Positions 27,051 through 43,388 of a DNA stretch of 64,000 nt are shown one piece after another. The notes under the pieces are model-generated. The model made no database searches. It was not told the DNA's origin and saw only the letters and a list, made by a program, of their open reading frames with translations. The stretch is taken from assembly GCF_009914755.1 (NCBI RefSeq), contig NC_060939.1. One strand, written 5' to 3'. Source of the stretch: the human T2T-CHM13v2.0 reference genome, Homo sapiens. Position 1 is the stretch's first letter, and every line of letters begins with the position of its first letter. A program made the translations under genes and the position numbers.

Positions 27051-28205
27051 TGTTGTTGTTATTTTTAATCTGCCTTTGTCCCTCAGAAACTTTTAAAATT
27101 TTATCTCTTACTGTGTGGTGTCTAAATGCAAATAACTTTTTAACATTGAAAACCCCAAAATTTCTGGGATGTCGCTATTCAAATAACTGCTCTTGCAAAC
27201 CTGCCAGTTTTTCTAAGCTCACCAGTTTCTCCTAACACCCTGCCAAATGTAGCTATTCACCACTGACACTAAGAACTAAGGTATACCTTTCATTTCTTCC
27301 CCTAAAGCTACAAGTTTCCTAGGCAAGTAGTGTGCTTTCCAAGTATTCAAAGGTGTACCACGCAGTATGCTACTGTGTAATATGTATAGTCATTTCAAAT
27401 CAGTTTCCTTACCACCTTCACTTTCCAGCATTTGACATAATTTCCTAACTGTCCTTCAACCAGGTCAAGCTAGGTTTCTGCTGTGGTGACAGTTTCAAAC
27501 CTTCAGGGAAGGTTTAAGGCATGAAATTTATGTCTCGCCTATTTAAATGTCCAGTAGTTTAGGCAAATCTCCATGTTGAACGTCTGAGAAGCCAGCTTCT
27601 TCAATCTTGTGGCTCTGTTCTATTAACAAAGGCCACAGTTCTTTTCATCACAGAGAGGTGCAAGTTTGCAAAGGAGTTTTCCTCTGCCTCAATGCAGCAG
27701 CAACATACGCCCCTTAGGCAGAGCCACTCACGAGGCTGTCTCACTGTGAGGAAGTTGGAATTTCACATATGAGAGAAAGATCAAGTACCTGGGAGCGCTA
27801 GTAATGTTTCTTAGAGATAGATGGTATAGTCTCCATTTTACACACGGACAAACTGAAGCTCAGGGACATTAAAAGGATTTTCCCAAGATTCTACGTTTTA
27901 GTAATTGACAGGGCCCAAAATCAAACCCAGATCAGTCTGATAATTTACTATGTGTCACACTTCTCCAATGTATTTTTTCTTATCTTAGATATTTTGACAT
28001 CAGATTTTTGTCATATGAGTGTCACTTGAAGATTGAAGAGCTAAGTAGGAACCGTTTCTCCATGAGACCACAATGCCGTGTGGGCTCTCTATGTATACAC
28101 ACATACATATATGCTCACACATATATGTAACGATTCTGTTTATGTTTAGAATACATACATTTTCCGTGACTAATAAGTTAGAAGCTTTCATCTGAGAAGT
28201 GTGTA

Positions 28206-28493
28206 TAGTTGTCTCTCAATGTCCCTGAGGGGTTGGTTCCAGGATCTCCACAGATGCCAAAATCCAAGCACACCAAAATTCGAGAATGCTCAAGTCCCTA
28301 ATATAAAGTGGCTGTATACCTCAAATCATCTCTAGATTACTTATAATACGGAATACAAAGCATATACATCACTTCATTTGCTTAAATTCAGTTTTGCTTT
28401 TTGAAACTTTGTAGAATTTTTTTCCCAAATATTTTCTATCTCTTGCTGGTTGAATCTATGGATGGTTGAACTCATGGATCTGAGGGCTGACAA
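28206..28493. mobile_element. MER2B-like Tigger derivative
   Basis: ggttggttccaggatc...atgctcaagtccc...tcatctctagattacttataatac...gagggctgac. Confidence 0.8.
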
Positions 28494-29856
28494 TATTCAT
28501 TTTATGTGTATCTTCTTACCAAGATACACACATTGGCTCAGCATTTGCTGCCAATGGGTTAACTTGCCCAGCTCCATAAGGGATATGACTGCTTTGTAGG
28601 GAGCATTGGTAGGCTTTGCAGCTTCATTTTTGCAACAAGAAGATGTAGGAAGAACCAATGCCTGGAGCAAAAAGCATGGCTTAGCTGGTGAGCAGAACTG
28701 TGTAGTGAGACATTTAGCCAAGAAAGGCATAAGTAAGAATCAGTAGATATGAAGTTACAGGACAACAACCAGAGGGATTAGTTGACAGAATAATGGTTGA
28801 GAGGATGGAAGTTGCCAATTGATATTAAGATGCCAGAAACCAAGGAGGTGTGTGTAGGGGGTATAATACAAGGGAGAATCAAACCATCAGAAAGTAATTG
28901 TAGTAGCTTGTTTTGACAGCTAAAATCTGCCTTTTTGTATGTGCATTCTACCATGGCTGTTTGGGAAAACAGTGGCTGCTGCCTGAAAATTTTGCCTCTA
29001 ACAAATTTTATTACTTTGAGGCTGCATAAAAAGGGCCTCATGTATTGGATATATAGGTATACCTTATCTGAAATTCAGGTTTTAAAAAACATTTTTAAAT
29101 CCCTAGAGCATAAAGGTATAAAAGCAAAAGCCCAATCTTTTGTCTGAATTCTTTTTACTTTTTAAAGTTTTTTTTTGTGTTTTTAAAAAGCACCTCAAGT
29201 TCTTTTTAATGATTTTGTCATATTTCAAAGCACAAAACAAGTAAAAAAAAAAAACTGTAAATATCATCTTTTAAACATTGCCACAATTATAGTAGGTAAA
29301 TATCATTCCAAATACATTGTATTTATATGTCAATGTTTGGACACAATAATATATCGACAAATAATCTCATAAGAAATGATTGCACATTACTTACACGGCA
29401 TTAAAATAAAGATTGTTAAAGTTCATTTTTCTTGACTTTAACATAAAAAAGAAACTAAAGAAATTGCTGGATTTTATATATATCATTCATATACCCTATA
29501 TGAAATCTCTAAGGAGAGAAAGGAAACAAAGAGAAAAGGAAAGAAACATAAAGAGGTTGAAGACATTTTTTCATAGCATGTTTCAAATTTGGATAATTTT
29601 AATTAATTACTTGCTTTGAAAGAGGGAAAAATTGTACTATAACTTTTTCAAAAAAAAGTATCTTTCCTCATCTCTGACTTTTATTAGTTATAAAATAACT
29701 TTTGTGTTGTCAGGACTTTTAACATTTAGATTCTGTTCTATATTCATATTTGTTTAAAGTTAACACTCAACATAATATTAAGTTAATATTATATAATATT
29801 AAATATAATATTCACAGTTCTTTAAATATAATTCTATATAAAAATAAATGGGTTGA

Positions 29857-30172
<316 letters not shown>

Positions 30173-30584
30173 AAGGCTTACTTGATCATGGATTCATATC
30201 ATGCTTGACTGGGCTTTATCTTCAGGTAGGTGTGATTTTTGCTGTTGTTGTAAGTCTCATGGGGGCTGCTAACTTGAGGTGTTACATAATTGCAAATGTT
30301 GCTGCATTTAAAGGGCAATTTACCTGGATATACTTTTTGAAGATTTTTTTTCCAATCAAGATGATTTTAGGCCTTGCTCTACTATTTCCTGGCCTAAGAA
30401 TTGAATCTGTCCTTTTATCACAAAATTTAGTGCTTTTTAACTTACTCTTTGGTTTCCAGTGTCAAGTAATGTTTTGAAGGAGAATTAATGGGGTGATACT
30501 TCTGTAGCTAGTTCAACATGATTGTTGCTTTGATATTTGAAAGGCAGTTATATTTGTATTTTATATTTGAAAGGCAAATTCTCC

Positions 30585-30900
30585 ATTTCTTTCTTTTTGT
30601 TTGTTTTGCTTTGTTTTTAGAGTCAGGGTCTCACTCTGTCAGCAGGCTGGAGTGCAGTCGCACGATTGTGGCTCACTGCAGGCTCGAACCCCTAGGCTCA
30701 AGAGATCCCCCAACCTCAGCCTCCTGAGTAGCTAGGACTACAGGTGCACGCCACCACACCTGCCTAGTTTATACGTTTTTTTGTAGAGGTGCAGTCTCTC
30801 TATGTTGCCCAAGGTGGTCTCGAAGTCCTGGCCTCAAACGATCTTCCTGCCTCAGCCTCCCACATCTTAGGATTTTAGGCATGAGTGAACACGTCCAGAC
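30585..30900 (-). mobile_element. AluJ
   Basis: cagggtctcactctgtc...ggctcaagagatcc...ggcctcaaacgatc. Confidence 0.9.
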
Positions 30901-31009
30901 AAATTTTTTCTTGGGTATAAAATTCTTGGGCCAAACCTTCTGTTTCTCTCAAGACTTCGTATATATTCTGCATTATCTTCTGGTATTGAATCTATATCTA
31001 TATATCTGC

Positions 31010-31858
<849 letters not shown>

Positions 31859-34284
31859 ATGCACATATACACATGTGCATATACACACATGCATATGTAT
31901 ATACATACATAGACATATTCATTGTCTGTGACTATGTCTATATTCATACATACGTCTATGTATGCATATGTACAAAATGTATGAGGCGATTCTTTTTTTT
32001 TTTTTTATAAGTAATTTGCTTTCTTTGCCTCAGTGTTTGAATGTCCCTAAAGTTTAATATTTAATTATGCTCTACCTTTAAGTTAATAAATTTGAATTTG
32101 GGAGAAAATGAACCTTAAAATAGCCAATTACCTTTTCCTTAAGTTCAAGAAAGACTTATTTTATGTCAGAGGTCTTACCCTTAAAGGTTTACAGGGCTTA
32201 CAGGGCTCTGTGTGCGTAACAGAAATATGTAAAATACGTTGGGTTACTTCAAGAGGGAATGACGGTGCCCTTGGTGAATAGGATCATGAATTCCGTATAG
32301 TAAAACTCTTAGATGTAATTTTTTAAAAGGAGAAAATGCACAGGCCAAAAATATTTTTTCCCAGTTAGTGATCCTTGGCTTATAACTTGTATAATTTTTC
32401 TGTTCTATTTTTATTTTTTTTCCATGTTACGGAGCATGAGCCACTTACATTAGACTATATATTTTTTTGTCTTCCATACTTATTATCTTATTGCTAAAAT
32501 TTTAGTATCTTCTGTCTTTATTACAGTATCCTCAACCTTTCCTTTATGCCTGCCATTCATCAGTGTTCATTCTCTTCTTTCATTTTGAAAATTTATTCAT
32601 TCATTTATTAATGGTGTAATTTTAGTCTTCAGTTAATTTTACTCAGAAGCCCTCCTTACATCTCATTGTTATTTTATCATTTAAGTGTTGAGCTCCAGTT
32701 TAATTGAATTTATATTATTGTTGTTTTTCTATTGCATCAAACAGTAGTAGAAAATTGTCTACTGTGCATTTTGTCAACTGTTTTATAGACTGGGTTCTAC
32801 ATTTGCCTCCTACGTGGAAGTTTCCATTTTCTTCTCTCTCTTTTTTTCAATAGAATGCGTGCATATTTCCATGTCATTTATTTTTATCATGTTGGTAGAA
32901 TGAGGCTCTCTCTGGATTTCTACTTGCTCTGATATAGCATGGGTGAATACCCTTGGACTCACTTCTAATCTTCTCTGATTCATGTTTATTTTCTCTGTGC
33001 TAAGTTTTCCATAGACTAATCGAGGATAGGTTCAGGGAGAAGGAAAAGCCACGTCCCTTAAGTAAAGCTGAAAGCTGGGGCTTTGCTTTCAGAATTAGGC
33101 TCTGTATTCCTTTCTGAATTTTTTTGACTTTCTGGTACCAGGGTTATTGCAGCTAGCAAGTGGGGCTGGGATATAATTGGATATAATTCAGATCACTTCA
33201 TCAGGGAAGTGTGGAGCTCTGAGCCTATGGGTTTTTCAGAGTTAGTCCCAGTTGTTTACTTGCTTAATTTCACTCCAGGGAACTGTTTCCTGTTTTCATC
33301 CCTTCCAAGGATCTTTTTCCCCTTTTCAGGTAAATGAAATCGACAGGGAAAGACATACCCACAGTCTACAGTCTCTTCTGTTTTAGCTAAAGTACAAAAT
33401 TGCAAAAGTATACAATACAATATTTTGGTAGCATTTCTGGGAGCCAAATTGATAGGCACCACAGCCATCTTTCTCAAATTGCACTAGAAACTTCTACCTC
33501 TTCTCATCACTTCACCTTTTGAGTTTTTGATAGGAGTACATTTTCCTCTCCTGGTATAGTTGCTTTTGGTAGCTACACAATCATTATTATTATTACTATG
33601 TAGGTATCAGGAGAGAAAGGCCGTCATTCTTCACCATGTTGCTATCTGTTCTTAGAAATTCTGTCTCTGCCTCTACTCCATGGAAAGGAAATTTATCTTG
33701 TTGGAGGGCGTGTTTCAACACGTCTGAGAGTTGGAGGAAATGGAACCACTTGCGATTACTGTAAAATGGTTTCTTGATTACTAATTTGCAGATACCACAC
33801 AGATGGGCAGATAAAACTGAAGAATAAAGTAATTTATTGACTTATCTGGTGAGGTTACCTGAATAGGCTATATCCTGGGGAAAGACTCAATATCAAGGAA
33901 ATCATAATGGTTTACAGTGGATGAGGATGGGGTGACATGAGTTGAGGCCATATGAGGGTCTGGGCCATCAGAAAGGAAATCTGAGGATAATGAAGGGGTA
34001 GGAACTTTTATGGATAAGATGGGGATACCTTCTGAGATCTAAATGTTCCAGGTTGTTCATCTCCCTGTGAAAGAACTTCCAGCTTGGCAAATACTAACAT
34101 GTGAATTAGGCTGGAGGTCACAATGATTAGGAAGACTGATAGGTAGGTACAAATGCTGCCACATTGGGAGATGTAGCATTAAGTCTCAAAATTCTACTGT
34201 GTTAGTTTGTTCTGCAGATGTTTAGTAAGTCTGGCTGTGGTGGGGATTATACCCCTTTTGTTCTTATTTTCTGACTTGCTTATA

Positions 34285-34651
34285 CAGATGGTCCCCGACT
34301 TAAGATGGTTGGACTCAGAATTTTTTGACTTTAAGACGGTTTAAAAGCGATATGTGTTCAGTAGAAACCATACTTCAAATACCCATATAACCATTGTGGC
34401 TTTAAATTTCAGTACAGTCTTCAATAAATTACATGATATACTCAATACTTCATTATAAAATAGGCTTTGTATTAAATTATTTTGCCCACCTGTAGGCTAA
34501 TGTAAGTGTTCTGAGCATGTTTAAGGAAGGCTACGCTAAGCTGTGATGTTTGGTAGGCAAGTTATATTAAATGCTTTTCATTTCTTAGTATATTCTCAAC
34601 CTATGATGGGTTTATCAGTCTGTAACCCCATCATAAGTCAAAGAACATCTG
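34285..34651. mobile_element. MER47-like Tigger MITE
   Basis: Terminal inverted repeats CAGATG.../...CATCTG, each flanked by TA. Confidence 0.85.
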
Positions 34652-36878
34652 TATCTCTCTTGCTAGATGAGTGTTTGTAAACAGTCTCAAATCCTTATTG
34701 GAAAAAAATGAGGTACAAATGAAGACATATTATAATGCCTTAATGATGTTGTTGTTTATCATGTATTTAAAAAAATCAAATCCTCTAACTTGAATGAATC
34801 TCAGTGCACTTAGGTGTAATGGGGTGGACGAGACACCATCACCAACACTTCCACTGGCTAGTCATTCTGAATATATATCAACATAGTTGTATTATTTCTG
34901 GTGATCCCTTTTAAAAGATGAAATTTGGACTCACTTTGGAAAAAGTTGTTAGCAAAATGTCATTTAATCTTGGTAGTTGGGCAATGAGGCAGAACGTTTT
35001 GCATGTTTGCAAAATAAGCTTCATTTTGATGCATTTGGTTGTACTGATTATATTAATTAACTTAACAGCAAGTGTGAAGATTATTTATGATGCATTAAAA
35101 ATGATTGGACCTTAATTGCTTCCCTGGTAGAACAAGGGACTTGAATTTCAGGGTGAGATTTGTAAAAAATTTAGCTTGCTGGTATGCAAATTCAAATTTT
35201 AGAATTGGTCCTTTGAAAACAAATGAAATCCCATAATGGGAAATAATTATGCATAATATTTCCCTCAGAAAGCAGAATTCAGATGTTTTATCTAAACAAG
35301 ATTTTTTTTTCAGTTTATGCTTAAAAAGTGTCTCTATTTTTATTGTTTAAAGATATTCATTCATTTACTTTAAGACATTCATTCATTTATTTTAGGAAAT
35401 AAAAATATAATTTGGTGTTTTGGTATTTGCCTATAATATCTAAGACCTAGGCATCATGAGAAATATAAAAATGCATCACAAGTTAACCTGTTGATTTCCA
35501 AGATTTCTTCTCTTAGAACATCCTCAGGTAATTTTATATTTTTAAAACTTTAATATTTTAATTGTATTTTTCAGTTGAAATTCTATTCCAATTCCTTTGA
35601 AGACTTTTTTTCTCTTCCTTTACAAACTCAGGACTGAATACTTTTCTGTAAAACACAATTCTTTCTTCTTCTGCTTCTGCTTCTTTTCTTTTTCTGTTTG
35701 GCTATTTATGTACCATGGGCACCAGGCAATTTCTGGATGTAAGTTTACTTGGATTCTTCAAGTTTAATAACTCCATAGAACTTGCATTACCTGTTACCAA
35801 CAGTACATTTATCACACAAGAAAATGCACACATCTCCAATAAGCAATAAGCCAAGTATGAATAATATTGAATATGTCACATGTAAAATTTAGCTTACTGG
35901 TAAAAGCCAGATTCATCATTTAAAGGAGTCTTTTAAATCTCACATATAATGTGTTTTGTTTCATTTTCTTTGGTTCTGAAGATTTTACCTTTCTTGGTAG
36001 GAGGCAGGTGTGTAGTAGATCAAAAGTTAGTGGGAGCAGTAATCTACATATCTTAACCAACATAGCTACTTCAGGCCATAATTATTATAGCTACCGTGAA
36101 CAGGTTCGCACCTATGTTTTCTGGTTCTTAATGCATCTAAAATAGAGTTTGAGGCTGCATAGTTTCTATGAATGCATGTGTAATGTCTGTTTGATAAGTG
36201 TCTTCTCACACCCTGAGGACTTTTATAGGCAATTTGCATTTCACAATGAGAGAAATCAGCTGGAGAGGGTTTATTGTTTTGTATAATAGAGAGGAGTGTG
36301 AAAATATCCCAGTTCTACAGATGGCACTTCTCGTTAGCCTTGAACATATACATGTGCAAGGATTGCTTTATCTTAACTAATACAGCCACCCAAAAGGCTA
36401 TTTTTAGAGGTGAATTCACAGTTTGGTTGGATTGCAATAATTACTGGAACTTCTTTAAAGATAGACAGAGTATTTATTTGAACTCCTGGCTGTAGAGTGA
36501 CTTCATAATACTGGGAAGGAAATTTCCTTTTGTGCTGGTCTCTTTTAAACTGTGGATTGCAATATGTCTATAATGCGATCAGCCTGATTTTTAAATAACT
36601 CAGAAGACAAACCAGGGACTCCAGAGCCAGTACAAATGAAATCATATGCATATGTGAACCAAAAAAGCTATGGTGATAAAACAAAAACCTCTACTCTAAA
36701 GAGATCTTTGAAAGCAAACCACTGCATATAAAAATGCATACCGATGAACAACAAAATCTTATCAGACAACTTCAGGATTCTTGCAGTTTATAAACTTTGC
36801 TTGAGTCTCACAGCATTTCATCTTCAAGTTGAATATTAACTTCTAAATTTGGCCAGGGATTAATGAAAAATGATTCCT

Positions 36879-37084
<206 letters not shown>

Positions 37085-37261
37085 CTATTGATTGATGGAT
37101 AGTACTACTGCCCAGTTTAAATAAGTATTTATATTTATATTTATATTGCCAGGAAAAAAAAATGATCAAATAGCTCAGCAGTTCTCAAACTTTTGGTCTC
37201 AGGATATTTTTTCCACTCTTAAAAGTTATTGAAAATTCCAGAAAGCTTTTCTTTGTTAGAA

Positions 37262-37661
37262 TTTATATATATTATATATATATATATATAATATATATAA
37301 AATATATATGTATGTACATACATATCGTATATATGTACGTACATATATACACTATATATAACTCTAACAATATGTATGTACATATATACATATATACTAT
37401 ATATGTACATACATACATACACTATATGTATACTATATATAGTATATATGTACACACATATATAGTGTATATATACACTATATAGTATACATATAGTATA
37501 CTATATATACTATATACTATACATATAGTATACTATATATACTATATACTATATATATACACTATATACTATATATATAAAATAAACTATATATATACTA
37601 TATACTATATATATACTATATACTATATATATACACACTATATAATATATATATATATATA
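37262..37661. repeat. Complex TA/TATAC-rich microsatellite (spacer of the inverted repeat)
   Basis: About 400 bp of (TA)n, TATAC and TACA variants. Confidence 0.95.
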
Positions 37662-37788
37662 ACTCTAACAAAAAAAGCTTTCTGGAATTTTCAAAACTTT
37701 TAAGAGTGGGAAAAAGAACCTGAGACCAAAAGTTTGAGAACTGCTGAGCTATTTGATTGTTTTTTTCATGACAATATAAATACAATAT

Positions 37789-38259
37789 AAATATAAATAC
37801 TTATTAAATAAGTATTTAAATATATAAGTATTTAATAAATACTTATTTAATAAGTATTTAAATATATAAGTATTTAATAAATTTAATAAATTTAAATATA
37901 AATACTTATTTAATAAGTATTTAAATATAAATACTTATTAAATAAGTATTTAAATATAAATACTTATTTAATAAGTATTTAAATATAAATACTTATTTAA
38001 TAAGTATTTAAATATAAATACTTATTTAATAAGTATTTAAATATAAATACTTATTTAATAAGTATTTAAATATAAATACTTATTTAATAAGTATTTAAAT
38101 ATAAATACTTATTTAATAAGTATTTAAATATAAATACTTATTTAATAAGTATTTAAATATAAATACTTATTTAATAAGTATTTAAATATAAATACTTATT
38201 TAATAAGTATTTAAATATAAATACTTATTTAATAAGTATTTAAATATAAATACTTATTT
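37789..38259. repeat. 29-bp AT-rich minisatellite with palindromic unit
   Basis: 12 full units of AAATATAAATACTTATTTAATAAGTATTT at 37894-38241 (one with a T>A change), plus degenerate and partial units on both sides. Confidence 0.97.
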
Positions 38260-38300
38260 AAACTGGGCAGTAGTACTATCCATCAATCAACAGGAATTGC

Positions 38301-38469
<169 letters not shown>

Positions 38470-40095
38470 AATATACATATATGTACATACATATATACAC
38501 ATATATATATATTTACCAGATTAGAAGTTAAAACTGATAATTACTTTAAATGTTTAAAAGTAACTTTAAAATAATAATATGAAACCCATTACATGTTAAA
38601 ATACACAACACTTATAATGAAAAAACAAAAATAATAACAAAAGTGGCATATTGGTAATTTTTACACATCTCCTTCATGTCTGGCTTAGTAGAAGGCAACT
38701 GGGATTTCATATCTGCCTTTAAAATCAATCTATTGTGATACGTTCTTTTGTTGAACTATATAAAGAACACTTAGCATTACACATACATTTAGCTGGATGA
38801 GGGAGAAGCATTTTAATAATTCTTTCAAATAGTAGTGGATGTTCTTCTTTGATATTACACCAAAACTCAACAAATGGTAGTTTAAAAGATTAATTGCAAA
38901 GTACAATCATAAACTATATTAACAAACATTAATAAGCTCTGGTTACATTAAAATTATTTGAATCTTGCACTTTGAATGGATGTTTTATCCACGTATAATT
39001 TTATATTATGCAGTGACTATTTATAAAATATTAGCTCACTAAGTTATGTGGGTACTCTAAATGTTGACATATTTTATCATAAAATATTTAAAAACCCACA
39101 TTCATTAACATTACCATTGACATCAACAAAGTCTTTAAGTTTTGAGAAGCTGTCATGCTTGTGGAAGTGGACCCAAGTTTTTCAAAGTTCTCATATTTGC
39201 TTGATAGCTCAACTTTTCCTGGTAACAAAAACTGTCAATGGCTCTTATTGAAGGGACAGGATGACACAATTAATTTCTAAAAAAGGTTTGCCAAATACTT
39301 AAGACAAAAAACTATGTTTTGTCTGTCAGTAATTATTTTAATTAAAAATAGTACTTTATGAAATGCAACTCAAACACCAGTGCGTTTTCTCGTGACAACC
39401 ATTTGACAGACTTCACAAGTGCTTGGTACATACTGCCTATTCTGTTGAATAGAAATTAAAAAAAAAAATCTCTATGTGTGGGCCAAACTTTTGTAAAAGT
39501 AAACATATTTACTGCTCTTTCAAGGACTTTCTTAAGTAAGATGGTCATTTCTTTTTTATCAAAGAGTGTGTGGTGGTGAAGAATACAGGCAAGTTGAGGC
39601 TGGTGCCATGGCCTTGTTTCAAGCAACAGCACCAGCAGTTTTATGCTCCATTTATTTTGCAAAATGAATGCAAATGATAACATGGTGAAAATGGCAAATA
39701 ATGTCTTGGTATTATTATGAGAATTGGTGTGAACTCACAAACCCAGTGAAGATGTCTTGGAAACCATCAGGAGTTTGCAAGCCACATCTTGTAAACCATT
39801 GACATCTCCAAGCACATGTAATAAAATACTCACTCCATTTGTGTCTTACCAGTCTTTCCTAATGGATGAAGGAAATCTTACTTTGAGTGTTCCAACATTT
39901 TTCACCTATTCAATTTGGGTCTATGACTTTCACCTAACCACTTAACATGAGAGATTTACTAGAACAAAGAAAGGACTTCTAAAGGTAATTCTTAAATACT
40001 GCTAAATATTTCTATATATACACCAAAAAACCCAAATAGCAACATGTTTTATCTGTCATTTATGAGTCAGGATCAAATCAGAAAGAGAAAAACTA

Positions 40096-40582
<487 letters not shown>

Positions 40583-40906
40583 TTACCATCCTGCTTCTGC
40601 TGCTGCTTCTAAGGTGGGGAAAGAAAGCTGGAGGCTGGAGCCAACCGCTGCTGCTGGGGCAAATGTCTAACCGCCAGTGCTGCAGGGATGATGATAGTAA
40701 ACAGCCAAAAAGCAAAAAGAAAAGCTAAAGAAAAAAAGGGAAGGGAGAAAGTGATTTTTCTTTGACGTCCATGTCCCATTCTCCATCTAGAGCTTCCTGT
40801 TGTCAGAACCGAGGACAAATTCAGCATTAAAGGTATCAGCAAAATGTAATTTTTCCAGTCTCAGCCCTATTATCACATAGCAGAATATAGGAGCTTAGAT
40901 TTGTAA

Positions 40907-41489
<583 letters not shown>

Positions 41490-43032
41490 CAGTGCAGTCT
41501 TAACTTCCTACTTGATTTGTAACTTGGAGACAGAAACTCAGAAAATGGTAAGAGAAGAGGTGGAAGGTAGAATTAGTTGACTCATATGAATATATAACAT
41601 GAATATAAAATTGTACAGAAACAACTTGCTAAGCTGCTACAGTTCTTTTGCTGTAATTGGTTACAAAGCAGTTGTTAGTCTTTATAACATCATTCTTCCA
41701 CTACCCATTTCATGTTGCCTTTCTCCACAGGCAGCTTCAGTGGTGGTACTGTATTTATGTAGTTGTTATAATTTTCAATTAACTTTTACTACTGGACATT
41801 GAAGTACTAAGAAGCATGTCAGAGTATTTCCTGACTTCCAGACACCCTTTGTTCCCTCATTGCATTGTAACAATCCAACTTCTTCTTGACAATCATGGAA
41901 ATCACTTCAGCCAGTAGAAATGGCCTCGTCCTTGCCTGTTTGATTGACATTAAAAACCCAAATTGGCCCAGTTACAGTCTCAAATTCCAATTCAATAAAA
42001 CTGTTGTGTTGCTTACTGGGAACATACCTCTTTTAGGGAAAAACACCTTTAGTTAAGCAAAGTTTAAAAGGCAGGAGAGTTTCTGTAAGTGGATTTTTTT
42101 TAGAAGTAATGGAGAAATCATTTCTATTTTCACCTCTTGATTCTGCAATTCCTGTACTTGGGCTATGGGAGAAACTGCATCTTACATTGGTTACTATTCA
42201 AGAAAGTATATTGCATCTTATAAATGAAGTCTTCTATACATCCTATACATTTTTTCAGGGTGTTGTCTCCCAACTGAGATTTCTGTAGGATACTCCACCA
42301 TTTTATCAGACCAGTTGCTTCTGAGTGATGGAGAAGATTAGCTAATTCTGTGTCCATGAGGCCACTAAGGCTCTTTTTGTATTTGTTGACAAATGTGTCT
42401 CTTGGTTAGAAGCAATGTTAGGTGGAATACCATGATAGTTAATTAGGTATTCCTGGTGAGGAGGGTTGGCCTTTGTCCACGAAATTTTTAGTTTTTTTCT
42501 ATTTGATGATTGGGAGCCTATTCTGCAAAGAATGCCATGTAGTAGAAATTCACACAAGACCAAACAATCTCTAAACTCTGTGTCCATTCTAAGAGCTTCA
42601 TCTATAAGCCTCTCCCCAGACTTCCTTACTATCAATCTTTTCCCTTGCAAATTTTTGGTCATTTAGCTAATCTGATGCCCACGAATTAACATATACCTAC
42701 ATCCTTGACCATTTTTCAGTCCAGATAAAGTGGATCACCAAATGCACAGTTTAAAGTTCTGTCCACTGCGAGGATTTTCTTTCAGGCACTTCCCTATTTG
42801 TACCTGCAGTACTAAAACCACTTCTGGTAGGTGCAAACATGTTGTGCGGGAACATTTGTAAGTCAGGCCCAAGATTTTTTCCTTCCCAGTAACATTTTGT
42901 CATGAGGTCAGAGGCACGGATTGAGTAAGAGGAGGCAATGAAGCAGGTAGAGGTGAGCTATGAGCCCGAGATCCTGACACATAGCTTTCAGATCCGCTCA
43001 AGGTATATATCTTATCTACAGTTCTCACCTGA

Positions 43033-43388
<356 letters not shown>

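Noticed and set aside
37176-37746. Apparent new MITE bounded by perfect Charlie1 terminal inverted repeats
   Set aside because: The symmetry continues outward into the flanks and Alus and there is no 8-bp TSD, so it is a by-product of the inverted duplication.
37789-38259. CRISPR-like array of ~29-bp palindromic repeats
   Set aside because: Units are contiguous with no unique spacers, there are no cas genes, and the context is primate DNA. It is a minisatellite.
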